Source of the DNA: Octopus bimaculoides
Taxonomy: Eukaryota
DNA length: 52,815 nt
Assembly (NCBI RefSeq): GCF_001194135.2
Contig: NC_068984.1
Coordinates: 64,398,647 to 64,451,461 of the forward strand
Reading direction: 5' to 3'
The notes below the pieces were generated by a model. It did not search any database. It saw only the letters and a program-made list of their open reading frames with translations, and had not been told where the DNA came from. The position numbers and the translations under genes were made by a program. Position 1 is the stretch's first letter. Each line of letters begins with the position of its first letter. This document shows, piece after piece, positions 24,151 through 36,539 of this stretch.

Positions 24151-26454
24151 TATACAACCAGAAAGTTTACGAATATGTTGTGTAAATGTACATAAGAATC
24201 ATTTAAGCAGGACACGGATAATTGGATTCTAAGAAAAACTAGATTAGGTGAAGATGTATTGTTTTTACTTCGTGAAAATTTTAAAAGTGATACGGATTCA
24301 TAAGTCAAAAATAAGTCTACCGTTAGATAGACAGCGGGAGAGAGAAATTTAGATATTATTCCTTAAAGACATATAGGAGATAAGTATAGATGATTTTTTT
24401 TAAATTGAGATCTATGTACTAAAATTAGGATTTGCATAAGAAATAAGATCATGACTTGTCAAAGAATTAAAAAAAATTTCTGCAGAAAATTTTGGCGACT
24501 TTAGTTTTTTTTATTGAATTGATAACTTTGTATGTTGCTTTCGCAATTTACTCTTGACTATGAAGATACAGTTTATGCAGTTTTTCCTTAGTTGCTAGTT
24601 TTACTTAGATCTTCTAAGTTACCTTCTATCAGGCAAACATGATGAAAACCGTTCTGTCACCTTCCCATATTTTTTTACAAAGTTAATAAATTCAGAACTA
24701 TTAATTCGAGCGACGCCATGAAGGTTACTTTGACGGATTGTTTTCCCTGAGTAGAAACTTTTTAAACACTCGAATATGCCTGGTATTATCCATGTTCCTT
24801 TTATTCTTTCACTTCTCCATAAATTTAAAAGCAGCACACCTGTGTTTGAACTAAATTAGTTAAAACAAGCAAGTTTCAGAATACACCATTAAATGTGTTG
24901 TTTGCTGCTTATTATATCTATGAACTAAAGTCTCAACTTAACTCCAAGCGCCCGGTACAGAATCTACCACTCAAGACGTAAACATCATGCCAAAACACCG
25001 TGTTTGGTAGTCCGGGGACGTCCCTTGGATCTATGTTTTTACATAGTCTATAGAAAGAAATTATTCTCTGACATAAAATCCTACAGCGAATACTTTCCAA
25101 TTTCAAGTATGAAGGGGCATGTAAAAGTGCACATATTTCTCCATAAATGTCCATGATTTGATACCACCAACTCTTGGAGCATAGGGTTTCTTCCAAACCT
25201 CTATATTCGACATTTTAATACCCTACGTGTTCGTGCCTTAAATGTTAATTTGCTTTTTTAAAATAGAACTCATTATTTTTATTGTTGTTTTATGCACAAT
25301 CTTTGTTCCTTTGAAGGTATATATCCAGTTTATTAGAAATAGCTACTTCATCATATTTTTGGGTGTAGAATTTCTAGGACAATATTATTGATTTGTATTT
25401 CAAATATATCTAGGACTGTACTATCTACTACGCCCATCTACATTTATTATTTCAAAGACAATCGGTTGTGATTGGCAACTATTTCTAGTATAATGAGCTA
25501 CCGTGTAAAAATTTTTTGTTAACAATGTTTTGTCTCCTTTTGCTTTTCATGTTAAGCCGCAGATCAACTCTGACCGAGCAAAACTATGAAAGGAATTCCA
25601 GCCATGATCATCCTGCCTTTTTTCTAATTACAGCAAACACAGGAGCACATAATTCAATGTACTCTTTTATGAGTCGATAGTCTGAATTAAGGGAGATTAG
25701 GATGGTATTTCTAGCATGTAGATCGACCGTATAATAGCTTTAGAAGACAGTTGTTTGTCTTATAATCGACTGTTAGCCATTTGTTTCAAGGTTGTGGTTT
25801 TTATGGGTTTTATTCTTTTAACTTTTCCTTTCAAAACAGAAATCAAGATCACAGATTTCTAGATTTCTAATATCGGTCCAACTTAATCATTTGGCTAGTA
25901 TGGTGCCACAAAATAAATCCCTTTAATATCTTTGATGTTTACATTACCACATGTGTACCCGTGCAGTCGATAATGACGGTAAACATATTTATCTTATCTA
26001 AATGATAAAATAAACTTAAAATATAGAAAACTGTTTTATTTTTAAATACAGATATTTACATATTGTAATAGATTCTGCACCGAACAATTTTGAAAAAAAG
26101 ACATTTTTGCTTCAATATTTTCTTTTATACACAAACAGCTAATTTAACTAATTATCGAAATTGTCACGCAACACTGCTGAGCAGGCAGAGATTGTGCAGG
26201 CGATATATGATTTAATAGTTCTGTTAACACTAGAGTTTTAGCTAAGAGAAAAATGGAAGAAAAAAATCTTATTCACAAACAGATTTTCTTAGTTATAATT
26301 ATTTTCTACGCTTAGTATCAAATCATTTTTTATTTACATTTGTATTATTTAATTATATAGCAACCAAGGGAGATAAACATCAATAGAACTACTTTGCGTG
26401 ACGCGAAATATATTACGGTAATTATTATAAGATTTATGACAGACAACGAGTTGG

Positions 26455-26640
26455 TAGATTCCTTAGCGAGTGGTACGACATGCTCAACGACATTTCTTCC
26501 GGCACTTTACGTTCTGGGTTCATATTCAGCCAAGATATTTTTCTTTTCCATCCTTTAGGAGTAGACAAAATTAACAATCGAGTACTGGAGTCGATGTGAT
26601 CGATTAAGCCCCGCCCCAAAATTCGGGCCTTGTGTTTATA
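26455..26640 (+). mobile_element. SINE family B, diverged
   Basis: 'ttacgttctgggttcatattcagccaag...ttccatcctttaggagtagacaaaa...gagtactggagtcgatgtgatcgattaagcccc..aaaattcgggccttgtg'. Confidence 0.65.
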
Positions 26641-27029
26641 TTTTCCATAATTCTCTTCAAACAGCGAAGCTTCCTTTTCGAGAGTCCAGGTCGACCGGGA
26701 CGAGAATCTGTTGATTCTTTTCTTTGGCTTTTGAATTGCACTATATTTCTATTAGCAGTAGCAAGAGGAATTTGAAGATTTTCAGCAATTTTTCATTGGC
26801 TAAGACCAGCTTCAGATTGCCCAACAATAAGACCTCTTTGAAAATCTGACAGTTCTACTGAATGTTTTGTGCGTGGAATGGTTAATCTTCGCAAATGTTT
26901 AATATAATGGCACCTGGAATGAAAAAGAATAATTACTTCGTACATTCTACACCGCTGAAAACATATTAAGACGCTTAGATCAGACATTTTGAAAATTAAA
27001 GGTGTCTATTTACTTCCTTCATGTCCGTG
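26640..27029 (-). mobile_element. Tc1-like DNA transposon, 5' end with N-terminal HTH of the transposase (pseudogene)
   Basis: [48 protein letters not shown]...RPGRP. Putative TIR 'cacggacatgaaggaagtaaatagacacc' starts at 27029 next to TA (27030-27031). The other end is absent. Confidence 0.85.
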
Positions 27030-28487
27030 TATGAGCATTTAACTACATCAGGCAGATTAACCTCGGGACAACTTTGGATTACATAAACACAGTACCTTCC
27101 AATTGATGCAGCGTATTCTCCAAGACTAGAAAAGGTGCGGCAGGTCGTTTTCTGGATACGTATAGTGATTCCGGCTAATATTTTCGTGGTCTTTGCTTAT
27201 AGACACCCTGCAGATTTGAGGTTGAATGTTATGACTCTTGTATATGCGCAGCTGAGGAGCAGGTCATGAAGAGTAATACAACACGTATAGGAGTAAGTGT
27301 TAAATGACATCAAATATCGTAGATGCAATCTGTCCATATCTTGCTGTCTGCACTCGAGTGACCCTATTAGAATGATAAATGTTGGTTGATTTTAATTTGG
27401 TTCAACGACTATGCATTTCAAGAGAAAGAAGAAATTGTTTGTGACGATGCTTGTAACCCCTGACAAGAGTACTTGCGATGTAAGATAACTAAAGATTGCA
27501 ACCAAGAACAGAAATAACTTTCCTGGCAGCTTCTCAGCAGACTACCCTTGCTCTCTAACTCAAGTGGCTTATTATAGTTCAAAGAATGCTAAAGAAATTG
27601 CAACAATGAACTGCATTATTTCGATTACTGGATACTCCACTAATTAGCGTTATCTAATATCAACCTATAGTAATTATTGTTTTAGTTTAGTTTTTTTTTT
27701 CTTTTGCTTTTTTTTTTCAAAATATTCATCGACATTTTTTCATAGAAAGGCAGAACAATTCTTTAATTATATTTCTCAGTTTTTGAATAGATTGTGTTAT
27801 TTCTTCCTTCATTAATATAGTGTAAATTTTTTCCTTTATGTCGCAAGCAGCGGAAAATGAGTTATACATTTACTCACACACACACAAAAACCGCCCCACA
27901 CGCACACACACACACACATGCACACACCACATGTATATATTCATTAATCAGCCTTATCATGAATCGACTTTTTTCTAGTATTAGGAACTAATTATTAGAG
28001 ATTCTCCCTCTCTCTAAAAATTTCATTTCGAATATCTCTTTGTCTGCGTTACACTGTCACTTTCAGTCACTCTTTATTTATCTGTATATCTATTTAACTA
28101 TCAATCTCTCATCTCTTTCTTTGTATGTGTATATTTCGATATGACTGAATATGTTCAGGTTACATCTTTTTAATAATTTCTTGCTGATAGAAAGCAGCTT
28201 TCCAATCCAGAAGCTAGTTTTTGGAGGGTTTTTCCATTGAAATTTAGACTTAAAATATGTAACTATGTGTATATGTATACTATATATAAGGGTCTGTATG
28301 AACTAACTTAAGCATCCGTAAACATAGCCATTTCTGCATGTATAAACGTGAGGGTCTATAACTATCACAGACAAATGTGTGCGTGTATGCACGCATTTAC
28401 ACATGTACATATAATATTTGAATGCCTGCACACACAACCGCTCAAACACACAACTGCACATACACACATACACACATTTATTGTTTT

Positions 28488-28570
28488 CTTTTTCTCTCGC
28501 TTGTTTTAGTCATTGGACCGCGGTCATGCAGGGGCACAGTCTTGAAGAGTTTGATTCATTAGTTCACAGC
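28488..28570 (-). mobile_element. SINE family A 3' tail
   Basis: 'cttgttttagtcattggaccgcggtcatgcaggggcacagtcttgaagag' matches the tails at 39500-39550 and 40915-40960. Confidence 0.7.
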
Positions 28571-28719
28571 CATTTTTTTACCTATGGAACCCTTTGATTT
28601 CTATTTTACTCGGGTGGACCCTCATAGCCATTCGTTGTTTTAAAAATCTTATTGTATTTGTATAATTAGATATTATTAGGAATTGTATAAAAAGCGGGTG
28701 ACGTGTCGGCGTCGCCCGG

Positions 28720-29739
28720 CTACAAGCGATATTCCTCATTAAGCTCCTTCAACCTACGCAACACGGACAACGTTATAACTTCCACAGCTATTTGTGGAGG
28801 CCATTCGGGATCACGTGTGCAGGTCAAAGTTGCTCCCTTCTGGTGATTTTCCAACACCTCTACCTCTCCGCCTCTGTAGAANNNNNNNNNNNNNNNNNNN
28901 NNNNNNNNNNNNNNNNNNNNNNNNNNNNNNNNNNNNNNNNNNNNNNNNNNNNNNNNGCCGGGAGAATCATCTCCCCTCCCTCATCCTTGGGATTCTTCGG
29001 TGAGCAACCATTATTGGTCACCTTCTTCCTCTTGCGGCCCTTCTTTGAGGAATCCTTCTGATCCTCGGCCGCCTTTGTTCCCTCTTTCACAGAGGTCTCA
29101 ACCGACTGCTCCAGGATTTTACTTTGTTCCTGGAGACAGTTCTTTAGATGGCCAGGCTCCAGGCACCGATGACATCTAGGGGGGGGGAGCTCAAGCATCA
29201 CCGAATACCCCGAACCTGCCATTTTCAAGAAATCCGGAAATACCAGATTTTTGGCTGATTGTGGGTCCACAGGGTCAAAACCGCCTTTGACCCAACCCAG
29301 TCAGCCGCAGACAAAATTTTAACATGTAGGATCTTGGCTCTGCTGCCACCCAGACCCCGGCGGATAGTGTCTTTTTTTCACTTGGGTTCTATTCCGGGTG
29401 GGAAGCCGCAGACCTTAGCCCTTATCAACTTATTCCCAGAATACGTAAGAAGAAACAATATTTCATCGCCCTCTAAGGGCTGACTCGCACAATCACGAGT
29501 TTCTTCAGGGGCGTCAAATAGCAACCACCCCGTCGCGTATTGACACCCCTGGAAATAATTTTTTTAGTTGGCACACACTTCGCCAACTCTCTTTCAATTA
29601 CATTCTTTTCGAATAGGGCGATGGGGTCGAGCGACTTAGAGTAAGTCTTCAACCCCACCGTCATCTTTTTGAAGTCTTCCAACCACTGTTTGGGTGGGAC
29701 AATTTCCCACACCAAAATAGTGTCCTTGTTCTTTGCCAT
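28720..29739 (-). pseudogene. Gag-like ORF1 of L1/Tx1 type with zinc knuckle; at least 2 frameshifts and 1 stop
   Basis: MAKNKDTILVWEIVPP..; LIRAKVCGFPPGIEPK*; FPDFLKMAGSGYSVMLELPPPRCHRCLEPGHLKNC (C-X2-C-X4-H-X3-C, one residue short of a CCHC knuckle); K/E-rich tail; probable end ..LRRLKELNEEYRL* at 28720. Confidence 0.85.
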
Positions 29740-30008
29740 GTTTTTTTTAATATAAAGTCCACAAGCAGTTCAGAAGGAAATCAAAAGAAAGTCTCAACAA
29801 AAAGGAAGGAAGAAAAAATGAAAGTCACAAAAAGATAAAGAAAAGCAAACAACAGTTAAAAAAAACAGCAAAACATCTTCTGGTCACTCGATAATCCAGG
29901 CCTATTTGGTACTCCAACTTGAACCCAGAACGCCACAACTTGGAACACAACTTTCACAAAAATTGGTAAAAAGAAGTTGTATCTTCTAAATTCTCGCAAT
30001 TTTTGAAA

Positions 30009-30186
30009 CAAAACTATTCACTAATAGTGAACAAATTTTTGGACGTGAGATACACCCTAACAATTCTCACAATTAAGTGAGAAAAAAAGCTATTCACTTA
30101 AAGTGAACAATTTTTTCGAAGCGGGATACGCCCACGAATTTTTGCAATTAAGTGAAAAAAAGCTTTTCACTGAAAGTGAACAAATT
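30009..30186. repeat. About 75-bp tandem monomers (about 2.4 copies) in the ORF1 element 5'UTR
   Basis: Palindrome TTCAC-N5-GTGAA at 30017, 30093 and 30166 (periods 76 and 73); linker 'caattaagtga' is repeated. Confidence 0.9.
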
Positions 30187-30380
30187 CTGCCCAACTGCAG
30201 GCAGACCAGTGTACAGAATCCAGTTGGGACTCTTTGTTTGCACAAAAATATTATAAACAACAAACCCCACTGGACCCAAAATACAAAATGCCTTACCTTA
30301 CAGTTGAGCTTCACTTAATTCGCCACGCTACTTAGCGTGGCCTAACCTCCTTCAGCGCTTCGACTGACAATACGCATGCG

Positions 30381-30418
30381 TGGGAAGCAAGCTTCTTACC
30401 ACACAACCACTGCACCAT
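30381..30418 (-). mobile_element. SINE family A, first ~38 nt of the head
   Basis: 'tgggaagcaagcttcttaccacacaaccactgcacc' matches head ends at 14245-14272 and 42660-42699. Confidence 0.7.
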
Positions 30419-30924
30419 ATAATTCTGGAAAATTGGGTAGACCGAAATTGTATAGAAACCCGCCAGATAGATTGTCACTTTGATGCAAAACTATACAAAC
30501 TTGTCACACACAGTCACTCTCATTCTGCCTGAAATATGTCTGTGAAATGCTCAGCTACGTACACGTTAGCTCAGTGACAGGTAACTCGGTTTATCCAACA
30601 ACTGAATTCTCATAGTCGAGATCCAACACACACACTCAACACTGAATTCTCCTCCAAGGCTAATGCAAATAAATCCAAACATATATATATGACAGACATA
30701 CAAACAGAAACTAATTATCTGTAATTCGAATACATTTAAATATTACGCATGAAGTGCTTCTGTATTTGGCTTGAAATAACCGCGAGAAGTGGCTAATTGC
30801 GTAACCACTAGAAACGTGCGTATTATATGCATTTGAAATACTAATAATTGGTTTCTGTCGCTATTCAAATATTGTAGGATTCATGTCTGTGACAATCTAG
30901 CCAATTTTGCATGCATGCTATAAT

Positions 30925-31260
30925 TACAACCCAATACTCATACTCATCTGGTGTTTCAAAGGTCCACGACCCGACCCTATATAACAATCGATGTAAAATA
31001 TTACCCAGAGATCAATTACTTCTGTTGGCATGCTGCCTACTTCTTCGTGAGTGATCTTTTTTACTCGTTTCATGGCGATTTCTAAATCATGACAACTTAT
31101 CACAAGCTTCAAAATTCTTGGTACCTATGTGTCTTAGAGATCTAAACATTATACTTTGATACCCTATAATCATTAATGGATAATCTATTTCATCACTACG
31201 TCCACAAGAACTGTGTCTTTTTCAGTCCTCATACGCTTCTTTACACCAACAGATGACAAT
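30925..31260 (-). mobile_element. Possible RTE-like LINE ORF2 fragment (pre-RT region), highly decayed
   Basis: ISCHDLEIAMKRVKK...GSMPTEV resembles the recalled 'ITxxEVExAMKRMKxGKAxGPDxIPxE' pattern; only one motif supports it. Confidence 0.4.
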
Positions 31261-32404
31261 TTAGCATTTACACCAACATAATATTTCAATCACAAATATA
31301 TGCCACAAATACATTAGCTTTTGACATCTTTATAAGTTCCATGTTCGTCTTACAGATATGATCACACACTTGTCTCGATCATTACCCTCCACTGCATCCA
31401 CGGTATAAAAACACAAAGCTAAAAATGGAAATATTGCAAGGTTAACACGAACTGCGTTTTGCTGTGGATGATGGTTATTTTCAGTGTGCACTATACTAAT
31501 CTGCTGAAACTACAAGCTTGTTATAGCATCTAACTCATAAAGAAACCGACAAACTTTTTCCTGGTAGGGTCTGAGTTACTTCTGTCTTCTGAATGTGTAT
31601 TATTAGATTTTAGAACAAACTACAGCCAGATTATATCGTTATACTATATGAGCAGAATTAAAATAAAGAAAATATGTTTCAGCAAATAAATTTCCAATTA
31701 ATTTATAGGAGGTGAAAGAGAAAAATGAATAGTAGGTCATTCAAATCGACATGCTAAATATAAACAAAGCACAGAAAAGAGAGGTTCAATGACTTCATAT
31801 CATAGGTAATTAAATACGAGTTAAGTATGGGAAGATAGAAACTTTTTATGAGGTATGTAATAGCTTATGATAAAGATAAAATATACTGACGAAATGTCGT
31901 CCGGTCCATTTTTCTCCAACTTTCCTTACCCTAGCATCTGTCCAGTACCATATCATTATGAGATAGTTGTGAGATGTTTAAAAGTAACTTGTAACAACTG
32001 CGACAATATTTTATAACAGGAAGCAGAAAAATTAGTTGACCCAGTATGATTTATTGTAATGTTATTAGCTGATCTTAATTCGTGATGAATTTACCATCTT
32101 TGGGGTGGGAGTGAAGCATTCAAATACTGCAAATAGAAAATACACCATTACATTACCGCCACTAAATAGGGTGGCAAAGTGCAAATATATATAAAATTAA
32201 TATAAACAGCAGGCTGCAATGTTTCACCAAAAAGGAAAATTATAATCGTCACTATATTGTTAGAAATAAGAGCTAAAATGCTCTATTGCTGTAGTTAACG
32301 CACATGAATGAAAACCTATGCACTAACAGGGACCATAATTGTCCGAAAAATGCCAACTGAGAATTCTTAGGACTGACGTCAGTTCCGGCATTATATTCTT
32401 GTAT

Positions 32405-32530
32405 GTTTTTACATGTCTTTGCTATTAGACTGAGGTATCACTTTGGAGGTTTTAATCGAACAAATCGACCCCAGTACTTTTTAAACCTGTCATTTGCCCT
32501 ATCCGTATCTTTTTGCCAATCCGCTATGTA
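32405..32530 (-). mobile_element. SINE family A 3' fragment
   Basis: 'ttttaatcgaacaaatcgaccccagtactttt...ctatccgtatctttttgccaatccgcta' matches 13797-13880. Confidence 0.6.
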
Positions 32531-32544
32531 TATATATATTTGAA

Positions 32545-32710
32545 ATTTGTAGAAAAACAAAAGATGAAGACAGGTGTATGAACAACAAGCAAGTGTATTA
32601 GTTTGACGCTCGGGAAAATGAAAGTCTTTTACGTTTTGAGCCTACGCTCTTCAACAGTAAGAAATAAGAGAAAATAAACAGAGAGAATGAAAAACACTTG
32701 TAGATTTCAT
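32545..32710 (-). mobile_element. Short T-rich repeat (family C) with a degenerate minimal hammerhead-like motif; probably Penelope-terminal-repeat derived
   Basis: Shares 'ga(a/g)gacaggtg..tg.aaacaaca' with 41547-41607. Minus strand 32665-32620 reads TCTTA-CTGTTGA-A-GAGC GTAG GCTC-AAAA-CGTA-AAAGA. Confidence 0.5.
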
Positions 32711-35700
32711 CGGTCCACGTGCTTTGTTACACATTTATACTTTTCTACTAACAACTGAAATTAGGGAAAACTTAAATTTAAATAATGTTTCGATATGGAT
32801 CTGTTAAAAATAGCATTTATAACAGAAGTTCTGTTTAGTTGTAGATACAAGATTAGAGTGGACAGTGGTCGAGAGCAATAAAGCCTACGAAAAGCACAAT
32901 ATGTTGAAGATTTCACTCTCATTTTATAAAAGCCCTGAGCTGTTCTTCAGTGTATTATTCTGCGGTAAATATTTTACCTTTCTCAGCTAAAAGCAAATCT
33001 GTGAAATTGCGTTTCCATCTTATCTCATGAACTAGTCGTTTTTATTTAAAGATACCTGCGAGACATTCTTGAGCGTTAAAAAAAGCGTATTTGAGGTCGA
33101 GGTTGAAATTCCATTGTTGTCATTACATTAGGATGTTTTTATTCGTCTATTTACCAAAGAAGGAATTTTTTTGAGATTTTAAAACTAGCTTTTTCTATTA
33201 AATATGAAAAAGAAACTCGCAGATCAAGCAAATAATTTCGGAAGTCTAATATCCTGTTGAACTGCTTTGCCTTTTGGGCAATAACAGATATAAAACATAC
33301 ATGTGCACTCTGAAAACACGCACGCGCGCACTTTTTGTAATAAAGCACTATAGCCTACAGTGTATGTCACGACGAATTTCACTATGTCTACATAGACAAT
33401 GAGCTCGCCCACAAAAGAGGAAGAAATGTCTGCATATTTCGTCAGCAGAAGTCAGCGTTCCTTAACTGTCTATGAACACATTGCTTATAAATTCACTGAT
33501 GTTAGAGACTAAGGTGAACTGAGCAAACCAATTTGCACTATAAACAGTGGGGTACCTATATACAAACATAATTCGTTCTAGAACCCTGTTCACTCATCAA
33601 ATTGTTCGTTACATGAGTAATTGGAATACATAAAAAAAGATGCAATCCTTTCCAAGCTACATAAAAGCATAAGATGCTTTACTTGTTCATCCATCAATAG
33701 CAAATACATAAATGCTTGGGTGTGTCTGTTTCCTTTTGTCTTGATTCTGTCGAGCCAAAAACTTATATATTTTTTTAAAGATAATGAGAAATATTTTGTA
33801 TATAAAATATGAATATATATATGATTACACAACCACTTATATGCGTGCAGCGCATACTTGTGGTTTGTTGCACAAATCTCAGTTCGTTGGCTTAATATAA
33901 TTTTTTGTTCGCTATACAATTTATTCGTTTAACGCAAAGTTTATATAAATTCTCCCAGCAGTTATATGAGTGAGTAGTTTGTGGTTTGTAGTTCAAATTT
34001 CAGCTGTTTAACTGAATGGACTCACGATTTGTTGATCAAATTCGGTGATCAAATTTTCAGCTTGCAATGCGAGTTTCATTTTCTTCAAGAAACAGTTTGT
34101 TATTCAATTTGTTCGTTTAGACAACCACTCGTACATGACTACCCGGCAGAGAGATCTAAATTGAATCTGATTCATAAATCATGAAATATAAGTTATTTAA
34201 ACCAAAAACAAAGGCTTATGCATAAATCAGTGTCCAGCATTCGTCACTGTGTATGTGTTCCTGCTTCCATGTGAGTGCTTATGCATCTGTGTGTGCGTGT
34301 ACTTCTACTGTGTTCTTTACCTTATATAATATAATATAATATAATAATAATAATATATATATANNNNNNNNNNNNNNNNNNNNNNNNNNNNNNNNNNNNN
34401 NNNNNNNNNNNNNNNNNNNNNNNNNNNNNNNNNNNNNNNNNNNNNNNNNNNNNNNNNNNNNNNNNNNNNNNNNNNNNNNNNNNNNNNNNNNNNNNNNNNN
34501 NNNNNNNNNNNNNNNNNNNNNNNNNNNNNNNNNNNNNNNNNNNNNNNNNNNNNNNNNNNNNNNNNNNNNNNNNNNNNNNNNNNNNNNNNNNNNNNNNNNN
34601 NNNNNNNNNNNNNNNNNNNNNNNNNNNNNNNNNNNNNNNNNNNNNNNNNNNNNNNNNNNNNNNNNNNNNNNNNNNNNNNNNNNNNNNNNNNNNNNNNNNN
34701 NNNNNNNNNNNNNNNNNNNNNNNNNNNNNNNNNNNNNNNNNNNNNNNNNNNNNNNNNNNNNNNNNNNNNNNNNNNNNNNNNNNNNNNNNNNNNNNNNNNN
34801 NNNNNNNNNNNNNNNNNNNNNNNNNNNNNNNNNNNNNNNNNNNNNNNNNNNNNNNNNNNNNNNNNNNNNNNNNNNTTTTTTTCTTTGCTAGCTGTTGATG
34901 CTTTGTGACGATCTTTCGACTGTCACCCAAATTATATTTCTTGCGCGCGCGCGCGCGCGCACACACACACACGCACACACACACACACACACACACATAA
35001 ACACACACTGACATACACACATACACACTGTGATGGATATACCTATAGTGAGAGAGAGTGTGGTAAATATATATAGAGAGAGGGGGAAGTTTACAATGAG
35101 AAAGGCGTAAATGAAAGTGAGAGTGAGATCTTTTCTGCATATATTCCGTTATATGTAAAACTTCAGGTGATAAAATTATATCGCTTGAAAAATCTGACAC
35201 AATCAAAAACTCTAAATTGTGAGGGATTGAATATTCAGCCTCCTAACAAATGAATATTACTGTGCATTAATAGTCTTTTAATTAAGAGTTATAATGTACT
35301 ACACAATATATCTTTCTATTTTTACCATCTCTCTATGAATACACAGATGTAAACAACTAGGTCTTATATACGATGTGCAGAAAAAGAAGGAACTAGCATT
35401 TGAGTTCCAATCTTCTGTTGGGTTGTCCCAAGTAATTTAGCCGATCAATCTCAATATGTCTATGTGTATAAGTAGATGTCTAGAGGTATATATGCGTGTA
35501 TGTGCTTATATATATATGTGTATACATATGTGTGTATATATATGTGTGTATGCGTGTATGCATATCTATGTATATATGTGGCTCTGAATCTTTGTAATGT
35601 ATACAGAGGATTTGAATATATCCTTATGTATACACATATACGTAAGGAAATATTCAAGTCTTGAACACACAATGAACGAATACTTTGTATCAAGAGAGAG

Positions 35701-36539
35701 ACAGAGTGACATTTACTAACGGCTAAATTCGGAAGTGAAAAAGAAATCAGATGTGGTTAATGTAATAGTGAATCGCACTAACTCGGAAAAATGATGGTAC
35801 TAACTGTTACAGACATTTTAAAGTCGCAATTGCTTCCAGGTTTTGAGCTAATAACGTCTGTGTAGGAGGAGAACAAGTACCACAGTGAATTTGGAATATA
35901 GAATATATATATCCTGCATAGAAGAGACGACTAATATCTGTATCTCAGAATGGAACTGGATGCGTGGGTTGTCTATTAGCAAATAGCAATGGGCAGCATC
36001 TAGATTAAAATGAAATCCAAAGATGCTGGATAATAGATAAAAGCAGATTTCAATGATTCGAATTTGATTTGCATTTCGCTATTCATGTGATATCTTTTTG
36101 ATGTTCGAGAGTAAAGGAAAGGCAATGACTCATTAGTTACCATTAACTATCAGTTCGATCTCTGTATGTAAACAGCTGGGATATTAGTGACTGAAAGCGG
36201 TCCTCTGCAAACCAGTGCTTACTGCGCATTAGTCATAAACTGCAGAAGAGGATACAAAATTATTTGTCAGCTGATAAAGCAACCTCCTGAGATGTTAACA
36301 TGACATGTCTCCTGTTCAAATTCGCAAAGGACCTGCACTGAGAAATGATTTTCTTCAGTACATTTTCACAAAGACTGGTAATACGCGAATGACAATGGTT
36401 TAGGAATTAGTGCGTTCAGAGATGTTGTTATGCTGTTGCCAGATGCCTTCCAACTCATAATACGAGCAGCAGTTTCAACCCTGCAATCAAAGACGGGATT
36501 TGCATGAAAAGCAGTAGTTAAGTTAGTATCGGAATATTT

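Larger units (their letters stand above)
28573..30367 (-). mobile_element. L1/Tx1-like non-LTR element containing 5'UTR, ORF1 and a short 3'UTR ending in A7; no ORF2
   Basis: Inr-like TCAGTC start at about 30367, about 630-nt 5'UTR, ORF1 29739-28720, about 140 nt to T7 at 28573-28579. No APE or RT motif downstream. One N-gap of about 75 nt (28882-28956). Confidence 0.8.

Noticed and set aside
29793-30301. Possible intron in the ORF1 element 5'UTR (tandem GTAAGG donors, long pyrimidine tract), which would suggest domestication
   Set aside because: The only AG before the ATG is in a rare GAG context, T-rich UTRs are common in such elements, and ORF1 is frameshifted.
33330-33520. Short open frames on both strands (e.g. 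MSSPTKEEEMSAYF.., ADISSSFVGELIVYVDIV..)
   Set aside because: Under 65 aa, no homology recognised, and acceptor-adjacent minus-strand frames hit stops.
35820-36520. Two octamer (ATTTGCAT) sites and E-boxes; also an E2F-like/ETS-like pair at 51029-51050
   Set aside because: Short motifs expected by chance in 52 kb of AT-rich DNA; no conservation or chromatin data to support a regulatory call.
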